From positions 2,520-66,519 of the IMG/VR virus record IMGVR_UViG_3300012926_000036: DNA of 64,000 nucleotides, one strand, 5' to 3'. This document shows, piece after piece, positions 56,303-64,000 of this stretch. Both the position numbers and the translations under genes were made by a program. This stretch comes from a virus. The stretch's first letter is position 1. Each line of letters begins with the position of its first letter. The notes under the pieces are model-generated. The model made no database searches. It saw nothing but the letters and a program-made list of their open reading frames with translations, and had not been told where the DNA came from.

Positions 56303-56589
56303 TTGTCACCCCATTTCTTCGGTAGTTGCCGGAAGTTATCAGCCGGTAACCCCTTTAGATCGTTCCGAATCGCTGCCCGCTCGGCCTCAGCGCGCTGGAT
56401 TAACGCGTTCTCTTTCGCCTGAATCTCGGCAAACACATCTTTCTCGAACTGTTTAACGGCAGTAGCAGCTGCATAATCACCGTCAGATTTTTGTGCCTTT
56501 AGTTCTTTCTGGAGCTCGCTTATTTGCCGATGATGAACCGCCTCGATAGAGGCAACCACCAATAAACACAAAAACAGCGCATAATTCAT
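56299..56589 (-). CDS. Small exported protein sharing its C-terminus with the TrbJ-like gene
   Basis: N-terminal hydrophobic helix; ends DLKGLPADNFRQLPKKWGDN. Confidence 0.5.
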   Translation of the reverse strand: MNYALFLCLLVVASIEAVHHRQISELQKELKAQKSDGDYAAATAVKQFEKDVFAEIQAKENALIQRAEAERAAIRNDLKGLPADNFRQLPKKWGDN

Positions 56590-57395
56590 TAATTTGATCC
56601 CCATACCCGAGTTTGCCTGAAATTGTCGGCTGGGAGCAAGCGCAAATCCTGGTCAACGCCTTGGTACGCCGCCGCCGCCCGTTGTTCGGCCTGGCTCGTC
56701 TGATAAATCTGTTGGCCAGCCTGGATCTGGTGCCCTTTGATCGTTACCCGGTGTGCCACCTCGTTGGCGCGTGCCCCGAGTTCCGCGATGGCGCCGTTTA
56801 ACCCGTCCAAAACACCGTGATACTTTTTCACTTGGGCATCGGTCGTTGCTGATTGTAACCCTTGCAACGCCGTATCGCGCTGTGTCTCAAGCCGTTGCCG
56901 TTGTTCTTCGATTCGTTTAAGCTCGTCATCAGCCGCCGTTGCTACGTTGTACCGGGCCGTATCGAACTGGTAAAGGCCCTGGGCCGGCCCGACGTTGTAC
57001 CCCGAATAGGTAGAGTACCCGTTCCATTGCGGTTGGCTGTACGAGCCTAGGATGTAGTTTGCGTCCTGCTGATACCGTTTAGGGTTCAAGTACCCTTGCC
57101 ACCGCTGATAATCGGACATCAACCGTTGCCCGGTACCGTACAGCTCGGCAATCGTTGACACGCCGGGGATTGAGCGCAGCGCAGCCGGATCACCTAGGCG
57201 CGCAACTTGGAGAATGGTATTTTCGTAAGTGCCAAGCGTATTAAGCGCTGTCTCAGTACTTTTAACGGCGGTCTCCGCGTCTCTTATCAGGTTAGCAATA
57301 TTAACAGTGTGATTAATAGGATCGTACACAACATCGTAGCACCATACGTAGCGCGTCATCGCTACCGAGATAAATAACAATGTTAAAATTTTCAT
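56589..57395 (-). CDS. trbJ: TrbJ/VirB5-like protein
   Basis: Signal peptide then VVYDP.N motif; Gln-rich helices; upstream of the trbL-like gene. Confidence 0.7.
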   Translation of the reverse strand: MKILTLLFISVAMTRYVWCYDVVYDPINHTVNIANLIRDAETAVKSTETALNTLGTYENTILQVARLGDPAALRSIPGVSTIAELYGTGQRLMSDYQRWQGYLNPKRYQQDANYILGSYSQPQWNGYSTYSGYNVGPAQGLYQFDTARYNVATAADDELKRIEEQRQRLETQRDTALQGLQSATTDAQVKKYHGVLDGLNGAIAELGARANEVAHRVTIKGHQIQAGQQIYQTSQAEQRAAAAYQGVDQDLRLLPADNFRQTRVWGSN

Positions 57396-57616
57396 TCCCA
57401 TATTTTATCCAATGCTTTTTCAAAAAAATTATGTGCTTCACCTCCACGGCCGTCTGCGCCATCAATAATTATCACGGTGGCAGCCGCTAAAGCGTTAAGC
57501 GCCTCAAGACAACGATCTCGTGATACAGGGCCACGTTTAAAGTTTTCCCTGATTAACTTTAAAATATCTGCAGTTAACCCCTCGACACGATCCCGATCTA
57601 ACTCTTTATCGCTCAT
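57392..57616 (-). CDS. Small hypothetical protein
   Basis: ATGA-coupled on both sides. Confidence 0.5.
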   Translation of the reverse strand: MSDKELDRDRVEGLTADILKLIRENFKRGPVSRDRCLEALNALAAATVIIIDGADGRGGEAHNFFEKALDKIWE

Positions 57617-57987
57617 TTAACGAGAAATAGTTTTCGCCCATGACTTTGTGTCACCGCCCAGAGTTGCACAACCTCAACTACACTGTTTGACGCCTCTTTA
57701 AGTGTACCGTCCGGCTCGACATGCTCAGGCACAGGAACGTTCACGTAACGCCGTTTCAATTGCGTGCTTGGCGTCACGTCTACCATTCCACCGGTCTCCT
57801 GCGCACGTCGTTGCGCCCAGTACAGCCGTTTAATAGTGTCACCGGACCCGAGATCATAAAAGTTGCGGGCAACAACCTTTTCGTGGTACCCGAGCACAGA
57901 AAACTGTTCACTCGCCGTGTGTGAGTTCGGGAGTTTAACACTTGTGCACCCAGTCACGGCGATCACTGCTAATACTAAAATTCTCAT
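57613..57987 (-). CDS. Conjugation-cluster lipoprotein (VirB7/TraV-like candidate)
   Basis: MRILVLAVIAVTG-C lipobox. Confidence 0.6.
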   Translation of the reverse strand: MRILVLAVIAVTGCTSVKLPNSHTASEQFSVLGYHEKVVARNFYDLGSGDTIKRLYWAQRRAQETGGMVDVTPSTQLKRRYVNVPVPEHVEPDGTLKEASNSVVEVVQLWAVTQSHGRKLFLVK

Positions 57988-58172
57988 CGTCCAATCTCCG
58001 GATGTAATAATACCATTGCGCGCAGCGCTAAATCTTTACACGTTCGTTTAGGATGCATTGGGCTTCCAAGTAAGCTTACAGCTTTAATGAAGCATTCCAG
58101 CTGTTCAATCCTTTCAATATGCATCTTTTGACGCTTTAACGCCTCCTCCATTTTGGGACCATTAATAATCAT
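57984..58172 (-). CDS. Small hypothetical protein
   Basis: ATGA-coupled on both sides. Confidence 0.45.
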   Translation of the reverse strand: MIINGPKMEEALKRQKMHIERIEQLECFIKAVSLLGSPMHPKRTCKDLALRAMVLLHPEIGR

Positions 58173-58528
58173 CGCTCAATCCCCGATTCGTGCACCGGCG
58201 CTTTCCGTTGCGTGAACTGCCAGTTTGTAGCGTTCACGAACAGTTTTGACCGGTTTTGGCCGGTCTCTTTATCGGTCCATTGATCTTGCCGGAGCGCGCC
58301 CTCAATAAAAATCTCTTGCCCTTTCTTAACTAGACTAGCAAAATTTTCTGCGCTCTTGCCCCATAACCGGATATCGAGAAACGTTGTTACATTACGTTTC
58401 TCGTTATCGCTTATAAAGCTTTCATTTACACCGATAGACACGTTACTCACCGGCGTGCCTTGCGGCGTGAACCTTACCTCCGGTTCACGTACCACGTTCC
58501 CAACCACTGCTACCTTATTTATGTTCAC
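58169..58528 (-). CDS. ssb: Single-stranded DNA-binding protein (no acidic tail)
   Basis: INKVAVVGNVVREPEVRFTPQG, WGKSAE, KKGQEIFIEG.L....W.DKETGQNRS. Confidence 0.92.
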   Translation of the reverse strand: MNINKVAVVGNVVREPEVRFTPQGTPVSNVSIGVNESFISDNEKRNVTTFLDIRLWGKSAENFASLVKKGQEIFIEGALRQDQWTDKETGQNRSKLFVNATNWQFTQRKAPVHESGIER

Positions 58529-61224
58529 GCTGCGTTTTCCATCCTGATTATTTTCATTTTTTCTTCGTGCACGTCACCACTTGAACTCGTTATTTGTTCA
58601 ACCTCGTCACTGATATAGTTCCGGCCAACTGTGTATTTAGGTATGTCGCCGTCTAGTTGAGCGTACACGAACCCGGCATACGCGTCATCGCTAGGCATCT
58701 CAGCCGGCTTCGGGAACCGCGTAATCTGATCCTTGATAACGTCCGGAATCGGGCGCGGCATATACTCGGACAACGTATCTATATCTTGCCGATTATGGTT
58801 CCGGAGCAATAACATTGCAGACGCCATTGACACAATCGCTTTAGCCGCTTTCGGGCTAACCTCGAATAATGTGCCGTAATCCTGGAACACACTGATAACT
58901 TGGCAACTGTACTTACGCATACGCGCATAATAATCGACCACTATCTCGGCACCGTTTGGCACCTTGAGGAACGATGTCATTTCTTCAATAATGACTTGTT
59001 TCTTGACTGAGCGCGGCATGCCTTGGATATGGTTACGCACCTCGTTCGTAATTAGGAACCCGACAACTGCGCGTAGATCCTCTTGCGATTTATCAATCTT
59101 TTCTAGCTCAAAATGCACAACTTTTAATGGATCAGATGCGCGTACTTGAGCAGAGCCGAGATCAATGTTGCTAACCCCATCAACAAGGCCGCCGTGCAAA
59201 CCATCACGCAACCAAGGATGTACCAAGCTAGCAAGCGTAGCATAAATACTCTGGTGCGGTCCTTTCTGGATCGAGGCGGCGTGAAGTTCATCTTGTAGAT
59301 CGGATAGGGTAGGGAACATGTCGGGCGTCCACTCGGAGATAGCTAACGCTTGCACGAGATACTCGGTCTCCGGGTTGCGCCCAAACGCGATTGATTCTTT
59401 ACCGGCGATCACACTCTCGAACCCGGTAAATGAGGCCAAGTTAGCGCGCACCTCAAGGAACGCGTCAATGAACGAATCCAGTTTGCGTGCCTCCTGGAAA
59501 TTAATAAGTGCGGCCGCCGTTACGCAAAGATCGTAAAACCGAGTCGGGTTCGCGTTCCGCCATTTGCGGTATCGCACGCCGTACACAGCGCTAATCGTTT
59601 CGGCTAGGAGCGCGGCACGCAGTTTGTCCTGGTCGCTATCCGAATGCCGGCCAATAAGCAAATGGCACAGCGCGGTTGCGCTCGCTAAATGCTGGCTCGA
59701 TAACGGGAGCCCGCGCGTATCGAAAATGTTGAACGTCAAACTGCCGTCTGCCCGGACAATGATCGGGCGACAGTTTGGGTCGAGTTTGTGACATGTCGTC
59801 GCCCACGATAGGCCGTCATCGATCACAACGATAAACCCGAACATTGGCGCTGTCTGGATTGCAATCGTCTGGAGTAGCACGCTTTTGCCAGCGCCCTGGA
59901 TTGCTGCAACGAACATGTGGACCGGCTGCGCCCCTGTAAACATCCTGCCTCCTATCAGGTTCTTTCGATCACCATCAGTGATCCAATCGGCTCTATCTAA
60001 CTCAGCTCGGGGTGTCGACCCAGCCGGCCACATGTTCGCAACATTCACCGCGTCACTTACCTTGTGCCAATAATCGCGGTACCGTACCCACGGCCCGATC
60101 CCTGGTGTAGCGCAATTGAAAAATGCAATGGTCGCGGTTGCAACCGACGGTTCGTAAGACACGCACCCGGTCTTGCCGAGTGCAGCCCGAACAGCTGCGA
60201 GCCTACCGTCGAGACTATCCGGTGTACGATCGCTTACAATGACAATAAGTTGCGCCTTGAACGGCAGAACGCGATTAGACATTAATTGTCGAATCTTTTC
60301 TTGATGATTCTCAAGGCCAACTATTGACACCGGGTCCGGCTCGCCGTCTTTCGGGTACGCATTTGACCATAGTTTACTGAATCGCTCTTGTTCGTACAAA
60401 AGTTCAGCATCAATTCCTGTCGGCTCCATATTCAAGACAACGCGCAGGTTCGGCATCGTTAACGCCAGGAACGCGTCCATTGTACGAGCCCATGTCTGGC
60501 GCGGGAATGTTTTAGCAACGAGCACGCCAAAATAATAGCCGTCCATATAAAACCCGTGATCCGGAGCTGTTTGAGGTGAAATACCGCTCGCCCTACATAG
60601 ATCCTCAATTGGCCGTAACCAATCTATCTCGCCCTCGTACATGTACGATTGCCGGGCTTGACTTGGAGACCAAAACCTAAGTAACTCGCGGTATTGCGCA
60701 CGGTTATCAAGCCCTTTAACGCTGCCACCGTGCCCTGCCATTAACACATTAAAAAATTGTTCCCGTTGTTTGAACGAGTTCGCTAACACTTTAAACACGT
60801 CACTGAACCCGCGTACATGCCGCCCGTCATCTTTAATCAGCTTCGGTATCCTAGTCGATAAACATAGACGCACATTCGCCTGGATTAACGTCTCCGCCGC
60901 CACACGATCACGAAACCTATTACACAGCTCGCCACGAACACTGCTAGATATCCCAACGCGTCCATTACCTTCTTTCTCAAATCGATCAATTGGCACCGAG
61001 AACTCATTCCCGGTATAATACTGAATCTGCAACCGCTCATCTGGTTGCATACACCCGAGCATTAATCGGATATCAGACTCCTGACGGTCAAAGGCCCAGT
61101 CTTCCGACGCTGACATATCCGGAAACTCAATTGCGTACAACCGGCTAAGGATCGCACCTGCGCCAAGGTTACCCCAAACCGCGTGGTTATCTACTAAATA
61201 CCCGGATGGAATATTAAGTTGCAC
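58525..61224 (-). CDS. virB4: VirB4-like conjugative ATPase
   Basis: 899 aa; Walker A IQGAGKS, VIDDG.S, FNIFD, PTLSDL, IIEEM, RMRKY....SVFQ. Confidence 0.85.
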   Translation of the reverse strand: MQLNIPSGYLVDNHAVWGNLGAGAILSRLYAIEFPDMSASEDWAFDRQESDIRLMLGCMQPDERLQIQYYTGNEFSVPIDRFEKEGNGRVGISSSVRGELCNRFRDRVAAETLIQANVRLCLSTRIPKLIKDDGRHVRGFSDVFKVLANSFKQREQFFNVLMAGHGGSVKGLDNRAQYRELLRFWSPSQARQSYMYEGEIDWLRPIEDLCRASGISPQTAPDHGFYMDGYYFGVLVAKTFPRQTWARTMDAFLALTMPNLRVVLNMEPTGIDAELLYEQERFSKLWSNAYPKDGEPDPVSIVGLENHQEKIRQLMSNRVLPFKAQLIVIVSDRTPDSLDGRLAAVRAALGKTGCVSYEPSVATATIAFFNCATPGIGPWVRYRDYWHKVSDAVNVANMWPAGSTPRAELDRADWITDGDRKNLIGGRMFTGAQPVHMFVAAIQGAGKSVLLQTIAIQTAPMFGFIVVIDDGLSWATTCHKLDPNCRPIIVRADGSLTFNIFDTRGLPLSSQHLASATALCHLLIGRHSDSDQDKLRAALLAETISAVYGVRYRKWRNANPTRFYDLCVTAAALINFQEARKLDSFIDAFLEVRANLASFTGFESVIAGKESIAFGRNPETEYLVQALAISEWTPDMFPTLSDLQDELHAASIQKGPHQSIYATLASLVHPWLRDGLHGGLVDGVSNIDLGSAQVRASDPLKVVHFELEKIDKSQEDLRAVVGFLITNEVRNHIQGMPRSVKKQVIIEEMTSFLKVPNGAEIVVDYYARMRKYSCQVISVFQDYGTLFEVSPKAAKAIVSMASAMLLLRNHNRQDIDTLSEYMPRPIPDVIKDQITRFPKPAEMPSDDAYAGFVYAQLDGDIPKYTVGRNYISDEVEQITSSSGDVHEEKMKIIRMENAA

Positions 61225-61225
61225 T

Positions 61226-61450
61226 TTATCCTTGATTCATGATCGTCGCGTTATGTACAGCAATTTGGTTCAATTGCCGTTCCTCGATCATCTTTAACCG
61301 ATCAGAGTTTACGTGCTCATCTTTGGGAACCTTGCACAACATATCGGCAGCCCTACGTAACGCTTTTACTTCATCTTCAAGTTTATCGGCCGCACTCCGT
61401 AAGTTATCTGCCATCTGTTCGGTAACTGATTCAACCTTTTTTGTTCTCAT
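61226..61450 (-). CDS. Small coiled-coil hypothetical protein
   Basis: ORF directly upstream of virB4. Confidence 0.5.
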   Translation of the reverse strand: MRTKKVESVTEQMADNLRSAADKLEDEVKALRRAADMLCKVPKDEHVNSDRLKMIEERQLNQIAVHNATIMNQG

Positions 61451-61516
61451 GATGTTTCTACATGCGCTAATATTGCTGATTCTTTTACATGCTCTGTTTA
61501 AAGATCTCGACTCTTA

Positions 61517-61738
61517 TTAATTATCAGCGAGAAATGCGACTAATTTACCGTTCTTTACATCCACCATCGCTTGTCTGTAGCCGGTTTCCCAGGCTGCTTG
61601 AAACCATCCTCCTACAATTCTGCTGGCTTCACCCCCTAGCTCCTCCTGGTCGTGTTTCATAAACTCGTTGAACGCCATACTAGGAACCTGATGTATGGAT
61701 GCTTCAAATGGCAGTGTTGTCCAATTGTAGGGTTTCAT
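61517..61738 (-). CDS. Small hypothetical protein
   Basis: FQAAWETGY pattern seen in small phage ORFs; ATGA-coupled start. Confidence 0.45.
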   Translation of the reverse strand: MKPYNWTTLPFEASIHQVPSMAFNEFMKHDQEELGGEASRIVGGWFQAAWETGYRQAMVDVKNGKLVAFLADN

Positions 61739-61899
61739 GTCGCTACACTGCCCCACACCCTAATCGGCTTTGTTAAATCTTGCCCTTTTTTGAACCGTTT
61801 ATAATGCGTGTCACAAAACCCGAGCCCGGACGCGTATTTTTTACAGTTCGGAACCGAACACAGCACAGGTTCCTTTTTTGGTCTACCAATTTTCGCCAT
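61735..61899 (-). CDS. Small Zn-finger protein, 54 aa
   Basis: Manual translation ...CSVPNC...GFCDTHYKR..., the C-x4-C...C-x2-H finger often found N-terminal to phage HNH proteins. Confidence 0.55.
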   Translation of the reverse strand: MAKIGRPKKEPVLCSVPNCKKYASGLGFCDTHYKRFKKGQDLTKPIRVWGSVAT

Positions 61900-61901
61900 T
61901 G

Positions 61902-62258
61902 TTAAAACTCCTTTGGATGAATTAACGCTTTATCGCGCACCCATAATTCCGGAGGCCGATCTTTAATACCGTTCATGTATAATCGCGTTCGTAAACGCCA
62001 GGAAAAGAATAGAAACCGATCACTGGCGTAACTAGGTGGTTTACCGTTCACAAACAGTTGCACATACACTACTGCCACTATAATCGGCAGTAAACTAATA
62101 GCAAGGTTCACCGGCCAATCAACATCATACGCCGCCAGTATTCGAAACATCGCCATAAACATGGCCGCGCCAGCCACGAGATAAATAACTGAGCGGCCAT
62201 GAAATATCCACACGTTTGGGCGCCATTCACGCGCACAATTGTTTGAATGCATCTCCAT
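61902..62258 (-). CDS. VirB3/TraL-like membrane protein
   Basis: Two TMs and a GKPPSY motif; between the pilin and virB4 genes. Confidence 0.6.
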   Translation of the reverse strand: MEMHSNNCAREWRPNVWIFHGRSVIYLVAGAAMFMAMFRILAAYDVDWPVNLAISLLPIIVAVVYVQLFVNGKPPSYASDRFLFFSWRLRTRLYMNGIKDRPPELWVRDKALIHPKEF

Positions 62259-62521
62259 TAATTAATCCCGCCAATTGTCATATTAACGTTTTGGCCACCG
62301 GCAGTGAATAGCGCACCGACAATCAGGAACGCTAACCCGGCCACGAGTGCAATCACAATTGCGGTTTTAACCCCGCCAATATGCCGCTCGGATAACGCCA
62401 TAATTGCAGCACCGATTAACCCGCCAAATACCGCGATAAACCCAATCGCGTTAATAACACCAGCAGCATTGCTAAGCGCCTGCATTAGACCGGCTGCAAG
62501 AAATAAAGAATTGTTCATCAT
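62258..62521 (-). CDS. VirB2/TrbC-like pilin
   Basis: 87 aa, two hydrophobic helices; first gene of the T4SS cluster. Confidence 0.65.
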   Translation of the reverse strand: MMNNSLFLAAGLMQALSNAAGVINAIGFIAVFGGLIGAAIMALSERHIGGVKTAIVIALVAGLAFLIVGALFTAGGQNVNMTIGGIN

Positions 62522-62673
62522 TTAAACCTTGGTAATAATGTCCAATCAATTTTGGGTAATTCGTACTCCCACCAGCTACACACTGTACATCTGCGAATCG
62601 GTTCCTTAACAACGCCATTTACGCACATGTAGGAGATGGATGTTTTATTATTGCACCATAGACATGTTTTCAT
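62518..62673 (-). CDS. Small Zn-ribbon protein, 51 aa
   Basis: Manual translation MKTCLWC...RCTVCSWW; ATGA overlaps on both sides. Confidence 0.5.
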   Translation of the reverse strand: MKTCLWCNNKTSISYMCVNGVVKEPIRRCTVCSWWEYELPKIDWTLLPRFK

Positions 62674-62855
62674 CGTTCAAGCCCTGGTAACTCAGCGTGC
62701 CGAAACGCGGTCAACCGATACCGATTGATCGATTCGCGTTCGGCAATATTCGCCAACATGTTTTGCGCGCTCCGTTTCGAGGTGAGCGCAACTATTAAGT
62801 CGCGCTCACCCGGTGTACGCGCCAGTTTCGTTATCTGGTACACGAGCGAGTCCAT
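62670..62855 (-). CDS. Small hypothetical protein
   Basis: Operon packing only. Confidence 0.45.
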   Translation of the reverse strand: MDSLVYQITKLARTPGERDLIVALTSKRSAQNMLANIAERESINRYRLTAFRHAELPGLER

Positions 62856-63221
62856 TTAGACGGCTCCGACTGGATATCCTTCAGGTACCGGGTCAGTAGC
62901 CCGCGCAATAACGATCGTGCCGTTCTCACCAATCTGGCGCACATGAAACTTGCGGCCAACTTTTTTGCCGAAGTTGATCGTAGATTGCCGTACACGCGCA
63001 AAATCGCCATCAACCTCAAGTCCCGCACCAACTTCAACCTTATCTAACGCCAGGATAAACTCGCTCCGGTACGTGGCGCGCGCAATAACATCCGAGATCT
63101 TCTCGTGCCCAACATCCAATACGGAAACAATGCTGCGCACGGCCGGCGTAGTCGTCTTCGGTGCGCGTTTCTTCACAACTTTCTTCGATTCATCTTTCAT
63201 AAATTTAAAATACTGCACCAC
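62856..63221 (-). CDS. Putative DNA-binding protein heading the long minus-strand operon
   Basis: Basic N-terminus; L..VEVG...V.....R......KK.GRKF.VR pattern. Confidence 0.45.
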   Translation of the reverse strand: MVQYFKFMKDESKKVVKKRAPKTTTPAVRSIVSVLDVGHEKISDVIARATYRSEFILALDKVEVGAGLEVDGDFARVRQSTINFGKKVGRKFHVRQIGENGTIVIARATDPVPEGYPVGAV

Positions 63222-63302
63222 GTACTATTCTAAAGGAAACATGAACGCAAGCGAAATTCTTTGATTTTTTTACTTTTCTGTTAGAAACATTGTCTTCACG
63301 CC

Positions 63303-63509
63303 ATGACCCGTAGACAAGATGAAACCGACAAATTTATGGAAACACTGCTAAACTGGTGCCAGGCCGAGGTTGGCCGGGCACGCGAGATCGCCTCGGAGCT
63401 CGGTGTTGCTGAGCAGGTGGTAAGCAACTGGTTACACCGACGCAAAACACCACGGCTGACAAACTGGCACGCGTTACGGCGGTTTGCCGATAAACGAGGA
63501 ATCAAATGA
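63303..63509 (+). CDS. XRE/Cro-like HTH regulator
   Basis: AREIASELGVAEQVVSNWLHRRKTP; divergent from the conjugation/virion operon. Confidence 0.75.
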   Translation: MTRRQDETDKFMETLLNWCQAEVGRAREIASELGVAEQVVSNWLHRRKTPRLTNWHALRRFADKRGIK

Positions 63510-63856
63510 AATACTTACTTTTACTACTGCTCTTTACCGGTTGCGTAGCGATCCCTACAACGCCGGTTACGATTGGGCCACCACCGACACGAGAACAATC
63601 GGCTCAATTGGTCAACGAATACATTAAAACAGCGCTTGTTGATCCATACTCGGTCCGAGACCTCGTGATTGAACCACCGGTACAAACCGGCCCGCGTTGG
63701 TTGATCGGCTTTTGGTACAACGCCAAAAACCGAATGGGCGGATACGTCGGGAGGCAACACTGGCACGTCATGATAAGCAACGGTGCGATCGATTGGCCTG
63801 CGCAACGCTCAGACGAATTCTGGAAAGGCGTCGCGGAAGGGGTTGCAAACGGGTAA
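63506..63856 (+). CDS. Lipoprotein
   Basis: MKYLLLLLLFTG-C lipobox; LVDPYS...NAKNRMGGYVG motif. Confidence 0.7.
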   Translation: MKYLLLLLLFTGCVAIPTTPVTIGPPPTREQSAQLVNEYIKTALVDPYSVRDLVIEPPVQTGPRWLIGFWYNAKNRMGGYVGRQHWHVMISNGAIDWPAQRSDEFWKGVAEGVANG

Positions 63857-64000
63857 AGAAAATTCTTTTTTATTCCCACTTGACATGCATAAACGCTTAT
63901 GGAATATTAGGTGCATGAAGAAATTAGACAGGGAATACCTAAATCAAGTCATTCAAAACAAGAATGCCGTCATTGCCCGCCTTCAAGCCGAGCTCCGCTA

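Larger units (their letters stand above)
42435..63221 (-). mobile_element. Conjugative transfer module (MOBF relaxase, coupling protein, T4SS)
   Basis: virB2-3-4, ssb, virB5-6, virB8-9-10-like genes, AAA, virD4 and relaxase in co-oriented order. Confidence 0.88.

Noticed and set aside
63880-63910. Sigma70 promoter before the ORF starting at 63915
   Set aside because: TTGACA is present but there is no convincing -10 at 16-18 nt spacing; left uncalled.

Overview
The window is almost entirely one mobile element; no host housekeeping genes are recognisable. Left part (0.2-9.8 kb): phage early genes (DNA methyltransferase, DnaB-N/RepA-type helicase, Sak4-like ATPase, DUF669 SSB-like protein, split Cas4-like nuclease, HNH, VRR-NUC). 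Middle (9.9-42.3 kb, minus strand): a siphovirus-like morphogenesis module with Mu-like head genes (TerL, DUF935 portal, protease, capsid, tail tube, tape measure, NlpC/P60, tail tip and fibres), lysis candidates and two large glycoside hydrolase genes. Right part (42.4-63.2 kb, minus strand, co-oriented and adjoining terL): a conjugation module (MOBF relaxase-helicase, VirD4, ClpB-like AAA, VirB10/9/8/6/5/4/3/2-like, SSB) interleaved with small phage-type ORFs. Two standout observations: (1) at 4.7-6.0 kb, three non-coding arrays of 5-nt AGY-NN units with conserved boundaries lie directly upstream of a solo RAMP/Cas7-like gene and a coupled accessory gene, a candidate RNA-guided (VIPR-like) system; (2) the element appears to be a phage-conjugative hybrid. 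All family assignments come from motifs read by eye; no database searches were run.
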